64,000 nt of DNA, taken from assembly GCA_030704615.1 (NCBI GenBank), contig CM060733.1, positions 13,826,001 through 13,890,000 of the forward strand. Direction: 5' to 3'. Source of the DNA: Takakia lepidozioides. Taxonomy: Eukaryota > Plantae > Bryophyta. Every line of letters starts with the position of its first letter. Position 1 is the stretch's first letter. The position numbers and the translations under genes are program-made. This document shows positions 1 through 11,960 of this stretch, piece by piece. The notes below the pieces were generated by a model, which saw only the letters and a program-made list of their open reading frames with translations, did no database searches and had not been told where the DNA came from.

Positions 1-329
1 CCTTGTTCTGAACTACTTGTTTGCCTACTAGTGCACTTTGCATTTCTTCATTCGGTCTTCAACAGAATTGCAAAAAGTAGATATAGAAGATGACTTTAGC
101 ATTATACACAGGAGGCTTGGTCCTATTTTACGGTAAAATATATGTATATCTTACTCTATTCTTTGATTTATTAAATCATGTTCAATCTTTGAATGTCTAC
201 TAAGCTATATGTATTTTGCAGGTTTTCTTAGGACCGAGAGTATGTCCAAGAATTATAATCTAGACGTGAACCACTGTTGGCCCAAAGATCACAGGCTATC
301 CAAACCAAACCACCCTGTTGGTTGTTACA

Positions 330-430
330 AAGGTGTCCACCTTCCTATCGGAAGGCAATAGCCCTTTTGGGTCAAGTAACACCATAAGTTACGCTTGCTT
401 CGACGTCCACTTTATTTATTTATTTTAAAT
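330..430 (+). mobile_element. 3' fragment of the tRNA-derived SINE family also at 1101 and 43516
   Basis: aaggtgtccacctt...ggaaggcaatagccctt...acaccataa.ttacgct matches the 3' half of the longer copies and is followed by a (ttta)n tail. Confidence 0.55.
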
Positions 431-1100
431 TTAGACTTTCATTTGCAAGTTTCATTTTTTTTCTAGCCCTGCATGATGAAAGGTTCATATTTTATCTGGC
501 CTTTCTTTTGAATGGCCCTAATTTTTTTGCCTTTCATATGGAACATTTTTGCAATTTGAAAGGCGTTGCAGTCTTCAAAATTGAATAGGCACGGAATGGT
601 GGGAGTCTTCTTTCTATGTACTCAACAATTAATAGGAGATTTTTTTTTCTATTTCTACCAATTTCTTCATTTATCAATTTTTGGCACATTACACCGAGTG
701 TGGATCCAAACCCAAATGGATGACAATCATCCAACAAAAACATTGGTCCCCTGAAAAGAGGGTCGCCGTCGATCGGCCAACAAAGGAAACTACCAGGCGG
801 TTTTTTTATGGCCCACAACTACTCGACTGGCTGAAGGTGGCCCCCGCAATTGACTGTGGCTCCACCGCGTTTACAGTGCGCACAAACTCGGAAGTTGCCT
901 GCTCCTCTCTGTCATGCTGGGATATTATATCATTTCTGTGTTGCTAGCAACAAGAGTAGGATTAACTAGAAACAAAGAGGCAGTGGAGATATTTCACATG
1001 TAGGTACCGCGGTTTCTATTAACTAATAGATTCATGTTTGCTGTTTTTTTTGGGGGCCTGTCTTTGCAGAGCCCATTGCTTACTAATTTAGTTAGTAGTA

Positions 1101-1280
1101 GACAACCGCCATGTAGCCCAGTGATAATGGGCACATACCACGTTGGATGTGGTTGTGGGTTCAAACCACGGTCTGGTGTGTCATGAAGGTGTCCACCTTT
1201 GAGCTGGAAGACAAGTAGCCCTTGTGGTGAAGAGACACCATAATTTACGCTCCCTTGGGGAGGCGTCATACTTTTTTTTA
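1101..1280 (+). mobile_element. tRNA-derived SINE-like element
   Basis: Pol III A-box-like tagcccagtga and B-box ggttcaaacc, T-rich tail; a closely similar copy lies at 43516-43700. Confidence 0.7.
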
Positions 1281-2294
1281 TAGTAAATAGTAAATTAATA
1301 GGTAGTAAGAGGGGGCCCTCCTTTATATACCCTCTTACGGCGGTGGGATCCTTCTAGAAGGCCCTGGACACATGTCAGCCCTACAAGACTCCCTATCTAA
1401 ATTTGGCCAATTTAATATTCCTCCCTTCTTTTTTTTGGACCCCCAGATCTCATTCCTTACTATACAGGGTTGGGTGTTTGTGCCTTGCCTGTGCATAACC
1501 TAGGTGATCCTGGGTTCAATCCTTCAACATGTGCCTTCTGACCGTCCATTGGGCCCTCCATGGCCTGTGTGTTGAGCAGTAGGCTCTACAAATTCACCTG
1601 GACGTTAAAGAAACTTTATCTTCATCTTTATCTAATTCCTGGGCCACAGCAATTCTTGGACCACTGTAGAATGAATAGGGCCCGAATGAAACTGCTCTAC
1701 ATATCTACATGTTCACCCCATGTCCTTGTCTTGGCATGTTGGTCCTTGGGTACCTCTCAACAAACGAGGCAATTCAATGCCTGTTGTCTTTTGTAAAAGC
1801 ATATTCTAGTATTACAAAAATTTATACATTTGTTTTTATTTGTATTTGTGATGTCCGGCTGGGCTGCTAGGCAGAAGGAGGATACTATGATAGCTTTTGC
1901 TTTCCGTCCATAATATAATCTTTTATAAACTTCTTGAAGTGGGGAACATCCTAAATAATCTGTGGAATGAACTGACCTCATCAAATCTGAAAAGAAAGGG
2001 TGGCGGACAAGGTAAGAAATAAGTTGGACGCGGCAGGACAAAGACAGGTGGTGGTCAACGAGGGTTGACTGAGCAGTGTGCCCCCGCAAAGTATAATACC
2101 CCGCACTCTGCGCACACTCCCTCACACCATCCCTCTCTCTCATCTCCCCGCTGCCACCACCCTCATCTCTCTCTCTCTCCGACTCGTCTGACTGATAGAG
2201 TCGCGATCGACATATTCAGATCCTTTTAGAGCACAACCTGTTGACAGTGCCAGAACGTAGCTTCGAAAGACCGGGTCTTCCTCGACAACATAAC

Positions 2295-3798
2295 ATGGGT
2301 CCGAAGGCGAAGATATCTGGGCCGGAGCCCTTCGATTACGTTGAGAAATGCAGCTCCGATGGACGAGAGAAACAGACGGTGATATCCGATTTGGATGGCA
2401 CCCTGGTCAGAGGGCGGAGCTCATTTCCCTATTTCATGCTGGTGGCATTCGAGGCCGGCGGCTATCTCCGTTCTCTCCTCCTCCTCCTCTTCGCCCCCAT
2501 TGCCTGGTTCCTTTATCACTTCGTCTCAGAAGCTGCAGGTATCCAGGTGTTAATCTTTGTCACCTTTGCTGGTCTCAAAGTGACTCACATTCAGACTGTA
2601 GCCCGCGCGGTTCTGCCAAAGTTCTACTGCGAGGATCTGCACCCAGAGACATGGCGCGTGTTTTCCTCCTTTGGGAAGCGCTATGTACTCACTGCCAGTC
2701 CCGCATAATGGTGGAGACCTTTGCAAAGGAGTATCTGGGTGCCGATGCGGTGCTTGGGTCCGAGATCGAGGTGACCAGGAACGGGCACGCAACAGGTTTC
2801 CTCAAAGCCCCCGGTGTCCTTGTGGGTGCGAAGAAAGAAATTTGCTTGAAGGCAACTTTCGGGGACGATGCACCGGACGTTGGCCTCGGCGACCGCAAGA
2901 CTGACCACCCCTTCATGGCTCTGTGCAAGGAAGGCTACGTGGTGCCCGCCAACAAGGTACAAGCCGTGCAAAAGGAGGAGCTGCCAAAGCCCATCGTGTT
3001 CCACGACGGGCGGCTTGTGCAACGCCCCACTCCTCTCAACGCACTTCTCACCCTCGTCTGGATGCCTATCGGTTTCCTTCTTGCCGTGCTTCGGATTGCT
3101 GCAGCGTCCTTGCTCCCATGTCCTTGACATACTACGCTTTCGCTGCCCTCGGGGTGCGTGTAAAGGTCACGGGAACACCCCCAGCTGCAGTGAAGGATGG
3201 AAAACAGGGAGTCATGTTTATCTGCTCCCATCGGACCTTATTGGACCCCATCTTCCTGTCGGTAGCCCTCAGGCGACCTATCACAGCAGTCACATACTCC
3301 ATTTCACGTGTCTCGGAGGCCCTGTCCCCAATCAAGACGGTTGCTTTGAGTCGCAACAGAGAGCAAGATGCTGCCAACATCAGCAAGCTTTTGGAAGAAG
3401 GAGACTTGGCCATCTGCCCAGAGGGAACAACATGCCGGGAGCCATTTCTTCTACGATTCTCGGCGCTTTTTGCGGAGCTGACGGACAAGATCGCCCCCGT
3501 GGCGATGTTCAACAGAATGTCCATGTTCCACGGCACGACTGCCACAGGGTGGAAGGGCATGGATCCTTTCTTCTTCTTCATGAACCCAAGGCCTGTCTAC
3601 GAGGTTACGTTTTTGAACCAACTGCCCATGGAGCTTACATGTGCAGGTGGAAAAACATCGGTTGAGGTGGCCAACTACATCCAAAGGGTTATTGCAGGGA
3701 CACTGAGTTTCCAGTGCACAAACTTCACTCGCAGGGACAAGTACAAGGTTCTCGCTGGGAATGATGGTAGCGTGCCCGCCAAGACCAAGTCGCAGTAA
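2295..3798 (+). CDS. GPAT: sn-2 glycerol-3-phosphate acyltransferase/phosphatase, GPAT4/6/8 (cutin) type; intronless; two -1 frameshifts (about 2701 and 3116), probably assembly errors
   Basis: Three overlapping ORFs join into one protein with HAD motifs SDLDGTL and [21 protein letters not shown], and acyltransferase motifs CSHRTLLDP and [10 protein letters not shown]. Adding one C to the runs at 2700-2702 and 3115-3117 restores ASPRIM and LLPMS. Confidence 0.93.
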
Positions 3799-3987
3799 GG
3801 ATTGTGCTGGGATATAGTCAACATTGTTCACAAGGCCGGTTTCACGCAAGCATGTCTCTTTGATATGATGATATGCCCTGGCAAATATTCTCTTGTTGAC
3901 CAATATTTGCGAGCTCCTGCGATTACTGATGACTGATACTTCCCTGGTTGCGTTGGTTGCCGTGCGGCACTATTAACGGGCTAAAGA

Positions 3988-6900
3988 TCAAAGTCTGGGT
4001 TCTTGGTCCTCCACGTCGTTCAACTCGCAGCCCTGATTGAATTCACGGTTATCGTCATTCATGATTGCACAGTTTGTGTTATCTCTTTTGAAAAAACCCG
4101 CACATACATGATCATGAATAGACGGATCCAAATCATCTCCATGTTCTTCTTGAAAGCGGGTGCCCGTACTAATGTCATTAGCCGGCCGGGCTGCAGTTTC
4201 AGCTCCATACTGCCTCACCTGGTGAGCTGAATATCAAAGTATGTTTTTGGAAACTCGGTATACCTTGGAGAAGCCTATGTACTGCTCAGATTACGTTTGG
4301 CAATTCGCAACTACGAAGCTTCTCCACCACCATCCACGGAGCGGGCTCAACTTCACATAATTCAAATGAAATCGTACCTGGGAAATGTGCATGATCCTGG
4401 GCTGGGATTCAAGCTCTTAGCGCATATCCACGATTCCACATGTATGTGCCTGGGAAGTATGATCTTCTACTGCAGCTTGTGCATCGGAGATGTATACAGT
4501 GAACTCACACGTGATGTATTTCTGCCCATTTCTGGGAAGTCGAAGTTAGAAACAGACAGCGCTTGACAAGTCATAATTTACAAGCGCTCATCGACAATGG
4601 GGCGTCCCACTGCTGGTGCTAGCAGACGTCTACAGCCTGGAAACGAATCTCCCATCTCCAGCTCATTGGGCATTCTCCCTACACCTGTGGCACAATCTTG
4701 TCTGCAGTCGAACGACTAGGGAAGCTGTTCAAAACAGGACGAGATCTCCCCAGCACTTCTGAATGAGGATGCAGCTGCATGTTTTCTCCCAGAAGACAAG
4801 TTGTGTCTTTGAATTTCATGGAACCGAGTATGACTGTACAGATCTGTACAGGTTCATTTGCTTCTGGAACCACTGCAAAATCCTCATGTTAAGAATGTAC
4901 TGCAGTTCTCCAACGCTATCGCAAATAAAACAACTGTGAAATCTTCCTCAGAACACTTCCTCAAAACCATGATTGCACCAATCTAACATCTACAGTAACT
5001 CTGTTCACGAAATTTTCTAAGAGATCAATAAGATCAAGAAAATCTCTATTCTGGTCTAAAGTTAACAGATGTAAGCTTAACTATGAAAAGTGGTCTGAGC
5101 AGACACGCTGTGGGACCATAACCTATAGTAAATTCTTCATTGCAAGTAGCGACAAGAATACACGATAACACCAAAAGATGCACACCCACGAAGAGAGATC
5201 TGAGATGTACTCAACAGGAGAGCAGCTAATGTATTCCTGGAACACCAGTTTGAACTCTGATGCCAACAAGAAGTAACTGCTAACTAATATGAGGTGGATG
5301 CCAACTCGATACAATACCACAGGTATAGATCTACAAATAATCTGATCTGGAAGTCCTCATGGAACAAGCAAAGTCCCAATGGAAGGATTACAACAAAGGT
5401 GAGCACTTACACGTACCTGGAAGTTGCTTCTCCCAGGATTGCAGGTGGAACCCTCACTCCCCTGTATCAGCTGAAAAACTGCTGCATTGTTGGGGTGAAC
5501 AGGAATCTCTTCCAAGCAAAATCAATCAACAACCAAATCTCTTCCACCGACATGTTGGGCAGCTATCTTTCATACCATTATACCAGTTGACATACACCTC
5601 ATCGTGAGCTAACATGACATCGACTCCGGCGTGCTGTGGCAGAATTGGAAGTCCTGTGGGGTCCTGTGATCATTTGGTTTGGCCATAAGTCTGAGTCTCC
5701 ACTATTGCAAGCAAGGAACTGAGAACAGCTTCCAAATTCAGGGGAATATACTCGTCTTTTTGCAACCCCACTCAAGGCCTCGAATACATCAATTGTCATT
5801 TTGATGGTGGTGTGTTCACTCAAGATTATTTCAATGGGAGATCCTAAGTCACAGATTCAATGTTCTAATAACGCACGGAGCTTGATTGGCTTTCCTTGGT
5901 GGTGGAACAGGGAAAGTGATGGACATTTCCACCAGGTAGAGAGCCATGGAGTACGAAACATGATTTTCGAAGTAGGAAACAAAGCCTCATTTTCACAAGT
6001 ACTCGATGGAAATTCCTAATGCAGAAGAAGCCCTGTTCACAAGAACCGGGAGATGTAGTTCAGATCCACACATTCTATGCTGATTGTGTCTAAAACACCT
6101 AGACTCTCACTGGTGCCTGTTCATTCTCTAAGTTCAGGTACAAAGAAGAGCCTCCTGCCTCAGGACAGAGAGCCTTGCCCCGTGGAGATGCATTCCCAAA
6201 AGTCAAAGGAGAACTCCTGCCTCCCGAGTTGAACACCTAAGAAATTCATAACAGGGGCAATATGGTACTGTAGGATATGCTTTTCTTGTTAAGAACAAAT
6301 CAATCCCTGACACTCTGTTGTTACCATGAAAGACTTTTGATTTCCCGTGGTCAATCTCCTAAAGGCAAAGAAATTACAGGTGTAGAGAGCATATTGAAGT
6401 GTAAGACATTAACCAAAGGATGTAAGTAAGAAGTTATCTGTGAAAGCTTAGAGGAAGGTAATCACGGATACTGTTGACTGAACCATTATCTACATCCATG
6501 ACACACACACAACAGGAGACAGGAACATAGTCAGATCAAAAGTCATTGTGGCATCTTGTCAGGAGGGTGAAACAACAGTGTACGTGAATAGATGACAAAT
6601 CCTGACCAGATTGTCAATGGTAAAACATGTCTGCTTCTGTCTGGTGCTACGCACTCATTCCAAAAGACTGAGGGTTTGATATATGTACTCTACTGGTAGC
6701 CTGGACATCGTGGTATAAATGATCGTTCATATGTCCGAGCATTCCATCATGTGAAACAGGACTGGTATTGAGAAGGTGCCCATGGGCCATATTACATCTC
6801 ATGTTCTCGGTAGAATCTTGGTTGCTGCTTCCAGCTGTGGCAAAAGTGCTCCCTATCTTGAGCCTTGTGCTGTTTGTTGCCACTGGAGAAATCCAAATGT

Positions 6901-7740
6901 GAACTAGGTTAATCTCTTTGAATGCCACTACTTGTAGCGTGACATATGAAATATTCCGGCACCCAGAAACCTGTTTGGATCCTGAACAGAGTCTCCAATC
7001 GACAGAAACATTTTCTTCAGAGATTGAATGGGCGACGTACTTGCTTATGAAGGGGCAGAGTGTTGCGGACGGTAACAGAGAGGGTGATAGTTGGCAACAG
7101 CTCCTTGTTCTCTTCGTTAGCTCCAGAATCTGCCATCCACAAAGACAAGTTCGACATGTAGTTTCAGAAATAAGAGTGTCACTCCAATCTGTGTAACTCT
7201 CACTTTGTGTCACGAAATTCGACGTAGTATGAAAAGTACAAAAAAAAGGAGTGACACACACTCTAAAGATGAGAAAATCCTCGTACACATTGGAAGCCTC
7301 CAAGGGATGGGAAATGGGATTACACTGCGTCGATACTCTCCCTCTCATCACGCAGGTATGGCGGTGTGCTGCGGCGCTCTACAGGGAGAGGCTATGCCCA
7401 AGGCTGTGTCTTGTGGTGAACGGGCGGGGTCATGCAGCAGATTGCCGTCCCAGGGTGTGGAGCTGGAATGGACATCCACCTTGCCAATGGCTGGCCCGAG
7501 ATTCTTGCAAGTGAAGGCGGCACACTCCCATACTCCAGGAAAAAGCAAAGGTATAGGATGGCTGTTTCCCATCTGTAAACTCTTTGGGTCGAAGTGATCT
7601 GTCCCCGCAAAAGTTGGCAAGGAGGCATCTTGAAGGGCATGGTCCTCGAGCGTTATCAATCCACCAAATTCTGCTGTTTCTACCTCCTAAACTGATCCCC
7701 AGGATGCCCTAAGAGCTCCTGCAGCAGATAACAATCCAGC
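3988..7740 (-). pseudogene. possible decayed or unidentified multi-exon gene (Ser/Pro-rich, no recognisable domain)
   Basis: Several minus-strand ORF pieces (7348-7659, 5599-5823, 4679-4873, 3988-4218), some bounded by AG/GT-like sites and interrupted by stops; no family recognised. Confidence 0.2.
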
Positions 7741-8332
7741 TAAGAGCCGGTATAGTCATCACACAAGAAACCCACTGCTTCTCTAACTTCCAATTGAACA
7801 TTGACGTTGCTGTGGGAAGGCGAGACAATCATCAGTGAGAAATACTTTAGAGGAGGGCCAGACGGTATCTCCGATTGCTCAGTCGAATGACGATTTTGGA
7901 GCTAAAGCTGGCTGCACTGTGGCTACGAGCAGGGCATGGCTGTTCAAGGTTTGTCCCTGCTGTTCGAGAGAGCTCTGGTGGTTGTAGCCTAGCTTATGGA
8001 AGGCTGTGGGTGAAGCCTGGACTCACTCAGCTGCGCACCCGTGGTTTTCTTAGAGAAGTCCAAGATCACCGGACTTCAAACAGAAGCACACAAAGGATGT
8101 CCTTTGGGTTAAGCGTCAGTCAAATCCTTCTTGGGTGAAAGCAGAGGGAGCGTGCCATGATGCAAGCTCGATCTGGTGATTGTATTAACGTCAATTTTTA
8201 CCATGGATCTCCAGGCTTACACTACAACAGGTATATATTTGAGCATTTGATCTTTGCTGACCTATCAAGGAGCTTTGAGATACGGAAGTTTAGGTGTCAA
8301 GGTTTGTAACTAAGAGGTTTGAGTCATGCAGC

Positions 8333-11182
8333 ATGGCAGGATTCAAGAAGGCCCAGAACTTTGTTGGACATCAGACTGGTGCCAGGGGTCACACCTTCAG
8401 CATCACCACTATTTCTGAAAGTGGACTAAAAGAGGGGGACCTCAAGAACTCTTCTGGCATTTGTGTGGATGGGAGGCCATCATGTAAGAAGGAAAGACTA
8501 AAAGAGGCATTGCGCATTTTAAATCAACAAGGCGTTTGGGCAGACTCCACTACCTATGTTTGTCTCTTAGAGGAGTGCATCAAGCTGAAAGATCTGGCAC
8601 AGGGAAAACAGGTGCACACCCACATTATCCAAAGCAGGTTCAAGCCAAACATCTATCTACTCAACACCCTTGTCCACATGTATGCCAAGTGCGGGAGTGT
8701 GTTGGATGCACGCGAAGTGTTTGACAAAATGCCTGAACGAACTTTGTTTACGTGGACGATAATGATAGCTGGATATGCCAAGCAAGGGTGTGGTGGGGAG
8801 GCTGTCAAGATCTATGAGCAAATGCAAAGGGAAGGAGTAAGGCCTAACAGGGTGACATTCATTTGCGTTCTAAATGCGTGTGCCGACCTGGGAATCCTGG
8901 AAAAGGGCAAAGAGGTCCATGCTGATATCATCACAGCTGGAATTGAGTCATTTATAAATTTGGAGACTGCCCTTGCTGACATGTATGCCAAATGCGGGAG
9001 CATGAAGAATGCACAAAATGTCTTTGACAACATGACGCAACGAGATGTGGTCTCATGGAACACAATGATTGCAGGATATGCTCATCATGGGTGTGGTAGT
9101 CAGGCTTTCAAGATCTATGAGCAAATGCAATGGGAAGGGGTGACACCCAACAGGGTCACATTTATTTGTATTCTCAATGCATGTACAAGCCTAGGTGCCC
9201 TGCCATATGGAAAGCGTGTCCATGCTGACATCATCAGCACTGGTATTACATCATATATCAATTTAGAGAATGCCCTTGTCAACATGTATGCCAAATGTGG
9301 AAGCATGAAAGATGCACAGCAAGTATTTGACAACATGACTAAAAGAGATGTGGTCTCCTGGAGTGCGATGATCACAGGTTTTGCTCAGCATAAGTGTGGT
9401 AGGGAGGCTTTCAAAATCTATGAGAAAATGCAGCGGGAAGGTGTGACGCCTGACCGGGTCATGTTCATTTGCTTGCTCACTGTGTGTGCCACCCTAGGTG
9501 CCCTGGAAAATGGTAAGCAGGTCCATGCTGACATCAGCAAAAGTGGGATTGCAATGGATAACATTCTGGAGAATGCCCTTGTGGACATGTATGCCAAATG
9601 TAACAGTGTAAAGGATGCACGTCAAGTGTTCGACAATATCACTCAAAAGAGTGTGGTCTCATGGAACTCCATGTTGACAGGATATGCTCAGCATGGGTGT
9701 GCTAGGGAGGCTTTGAAAATCTATGAACAATTGCAACGGGAGGGAGTGATTCCCACCAGGTTTACCTTTGCTTGTGTTCTCAATGCATGTGCCAGCCTGG
9801 GTACCCTAGAAAAAGGCAAAGAAATCCATGCTGACATCAGTAAATCTGGAATTGTGCCAGATATCTTTCTTGGAAATGCCCTTGTCGACATGTATGCCAA
9901 ATGCCGCAGTGTAAAGGATGCATATCAAGTCTTCACTGAAATGGCAGATCGAAATGTGATCTCATGGAACACCATGATTGCTGGATATGGACAATGCGGC
10001 AGTGGTAGGGAGGCTTTGCAGATCTATGAGCAAATGCAATCGGAAGGGGCAATGCCTGACCATGTCACATTCACCTGTGTTCTCAATGCATGTGCAAGCC
10101 TAGGAACCCTGGACAAAGGGAAACAGGTGCATGCTGACATCAGCAAAAGTATAATAGTGCCAGATATCATTCTACAGAATAGCCTTGTAAATATGTATGC
10201 CAAATGTGGATGCATAGAGGATGCACTTCAAGTGTTCGACAATATGGCTCAACAAGATTTGCCTTCATGGAACACCATGATTGCAGCATATGCTCAGCAT
10301 GGGTGTGGTAGGGAGGCCATCCAACTATTTGAACAAATGCAACAGGAAGGGTTTAAGCCAGATGATATCAGCTTCATATCTCTTCTCTCTGCATGTAGCC
10401 ATGCGGGCTTATTAGATGAAGGCCATCACTACTTCGATTCCATGAGTCGAGATCATGGCCTTAGTCCTACATTGGAGCATTTTGGCTGCATTGTCGACCT
10501 TCTTGGCCGGGCAGGACAATTGGATAAGGCAGAGGACTTCATCAACAGAATGCCAACTAAACCAGATGCTGGGGTGTGGAAGGCCTTGCTTGGTGCTTGC
10601 AGAATTCAAGGCAATGTCGAGCTAGCAGAACATGCGGCCAAATGCCTTCTGGAGAGTAATCCACAGCATGCTGGAGCTTATGCGGTGCTATCTAGCATCT
10701 ATGCTGCGGCTGGCAGGTGGGATGAGAAGGCCACAGTGAGGAAAATGATGGAGGAAAGGGGTGTCAGAAAGGAACCAGGGTGCAGCTGCATAGAGGTTGA
10801 CAACCAGGTGCATACATTTGTGGTAGAAGATAATCTGCATCCACAAATTAACGAAATTCATGCTGAGCTGAAAAGATTGATTGGGCGGATGAAGGAGGTG
10901 GGGTACGTGCCTGACACACGCTTTGTACTGCATGATTTGGAGCAGGAGCAAAAGGAACTTTCTCTTTGTCACCACAGTGAGAAGCTGGCCATTGCCTTTG
11001 GGCTCATAAGCACACCACCTGGGACGCCTATCCGCATCATCAAGAACCTCCGTCTGTGTGGTGACTGCCACACTGCCACCAAGTTCATCTCAAAGATTGT
11101 TCGGCGAGTAGTTGTTGTACGGGACATCAACCGCTTTCACCACTTCCACGAGGGGGTCTGTTCTTGTGGGGATTACTGGTGA
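8333..11182 (+). CDS. PLS-class PPR protein with E1/E2 and DYW cytidine deaminase domain (organellar C-to-U RNA editing factor)
   Basis: Single-exon ORF with first ATG at 8333; 20 P/L/S motifs ending P2-L2-S2, then E1, E2, PG box EPGCSCIEV, HSEKLA, CGDCH and terminal CSCGDYW. Confidence 0.97.
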   Translation: MAGFKKAQNFVGHQTGARGHTFSITTISESGLKEGDLKNSSGICVDGRPSCKKERLKEALRILNQQGVWADSTTYVCLLEECIKLKDLAQGKQVHTHIIQSRFKPNIYLLNTLVHMYAKCGSVLDAREVFDKMPERTLFTWTIMIAGYAKQGCGGEAVKIYEQMQREGVRPNRVTFICVLNACADLGILEKGKEVHADIITAGIESFINLETALADMYAKCGSMKNAQNVFDNMTQRDVVSWNTMIAGYAHHGCGSQAFKIYEQMQWEGVTPNRVTFICILNACTSLGALPYGKRVHADIISTGITSYINLENALVNMYAKCGSMKDAQQVFDNMTKRDVVSWSAMITGFAQHKCGREAFKIYEKMQREGVTPDRVMFICLLTVCATLGALENGKQVHADISKSGIAMDNILENALVDMYAKCNSVKDARQVFDNITQKSVVSWNSMLTGYAQHGCAREALKIYEQLQREGVIPTRFTFACVLNACASLGTLEKGKEIHADISKSGIVPDIFLGNALVDMYAKCRSVKDAYQVFTEMADRNVISWNTMIAGYGQCGSGREALQIYEQMQSEGAMPDHVTFTCVLNACASLGTLDKGKQVHADISKSIIVPDIILQNSLVNMYAKCGCIEDALQVFDNMAQQDLPSWNTMIAAYAQHGCGREAIQLFEQMQQEGFKPDDISFISLLSACSHAGLLDEGHHYFDSMSRDHGLSPTLEHFGCIVDLLGRAGQLDKAEDFINRMPTKPDAGVWKALLGACRIQGNVELAEHAAKCLLESNPQHAGAYAVLSSIYAAAGRWDEKATVRKMMEERGVRKEPGCSCIEVDNQVHTFVVEDNLHPQINEIHAELKRLIGRMKEVGYVPDTRFVLHDLEQEQKELSLCHHSEKLAIAFGLISTPPGTPIRIIKNLRLCGDCHTATKFISKIVRRVVVVRDINRFHHFHEGVCSCGDYW

Positions 11183-11440
11183 ACCAAGCAACATGCTTGC
11201 AAGAATGTGCACTGCTTCAATGTAGGGCTGCAATGTCAATTTTTTTGTCCATTGCATATTTATACGAAAGAGCAAAGCTGAAAGAAACAACTTGTGCCAG
11301 CAAATGCGAGAGTGGACTTAACATTCTGCAAGCTGCCTTCATGGTCACTCTTACCATTGAGAATAGGAGGAAAACCGTATCGCAGGAAATTATTGACAAG
11401 TTAGAAAGATCAGTAGCAGTTGTTTACATGAAACCATGCC

Positions 11441-11550
11441 GACAAACTTGAAAATGGGTAGCCACTGGCAAATTATGCACAACCTTAGAGGACTGACAGA
11501 CAAACTTGAAAATGGGTAGCCAAATTATGCACAACCTTAGAGGATTGACA
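11441..11550 (+). repeat. tandem duplication, two units of about 52-58 bp
   Basis: gacaaacttgaaaatgggtagcc...aaattatgcacaaccttagagga(c/t)tgaca occurs twice head-to-tail. Confidence 0.9.
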
Positions 11551-11960
11551 CTCGATTTTTTCCACAAGTGATAGTCCAATACTGTTCATGTACACTCTCA
11601 CCTTGAGATCTGCATAGCCTCAGCTGTTACATAGGCTTGCACAGGATTCAGCAAGTCTGGCATTCCTTCAACTGTAAATCTGTCAACAGGATTGCTCGAA
11701 CATTTTGAGATCCTGCAGTGATATCAATCAGAAGCTTCAAGAATGGATACAAGCAAACATTGTCACACGATTGATATGGATGAATGTTGTCGCAAATGTG
11801 CCGACGATTGGATCTACCAGTGGCTCAATCGTTGATAGGAACATCCATCCAGAGTGTCTCCTCCCTCCCGCTGCAAGTGCCAGTCTCCCAAGAAAGGGAG
11901 GGAGGGAGAGCAGACAGTGGCGCAGGAGATGATCGAAAGCGCTCAGAGCAGAGGGGGGCA

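Noticed and set aside
1101-1180. Functional tRNA gene
   Set aside because: A/B boxes are present but I could not build a convincing cloverleaf, and the sequence continues into a repeated body and tail typical of a SINE.
7348-7700. Rad21/Rec8-like fragment suggested by an ITLED motif
   Set aside because: Neither the N-terminal kleisin domain nor the C-terminal winged-helix motif could be found.
8812-11071. Antisense ORFs within the PPR gene (also within GPAT and CCCH)
   Set aside because: Shadow frames of real coding sequence.
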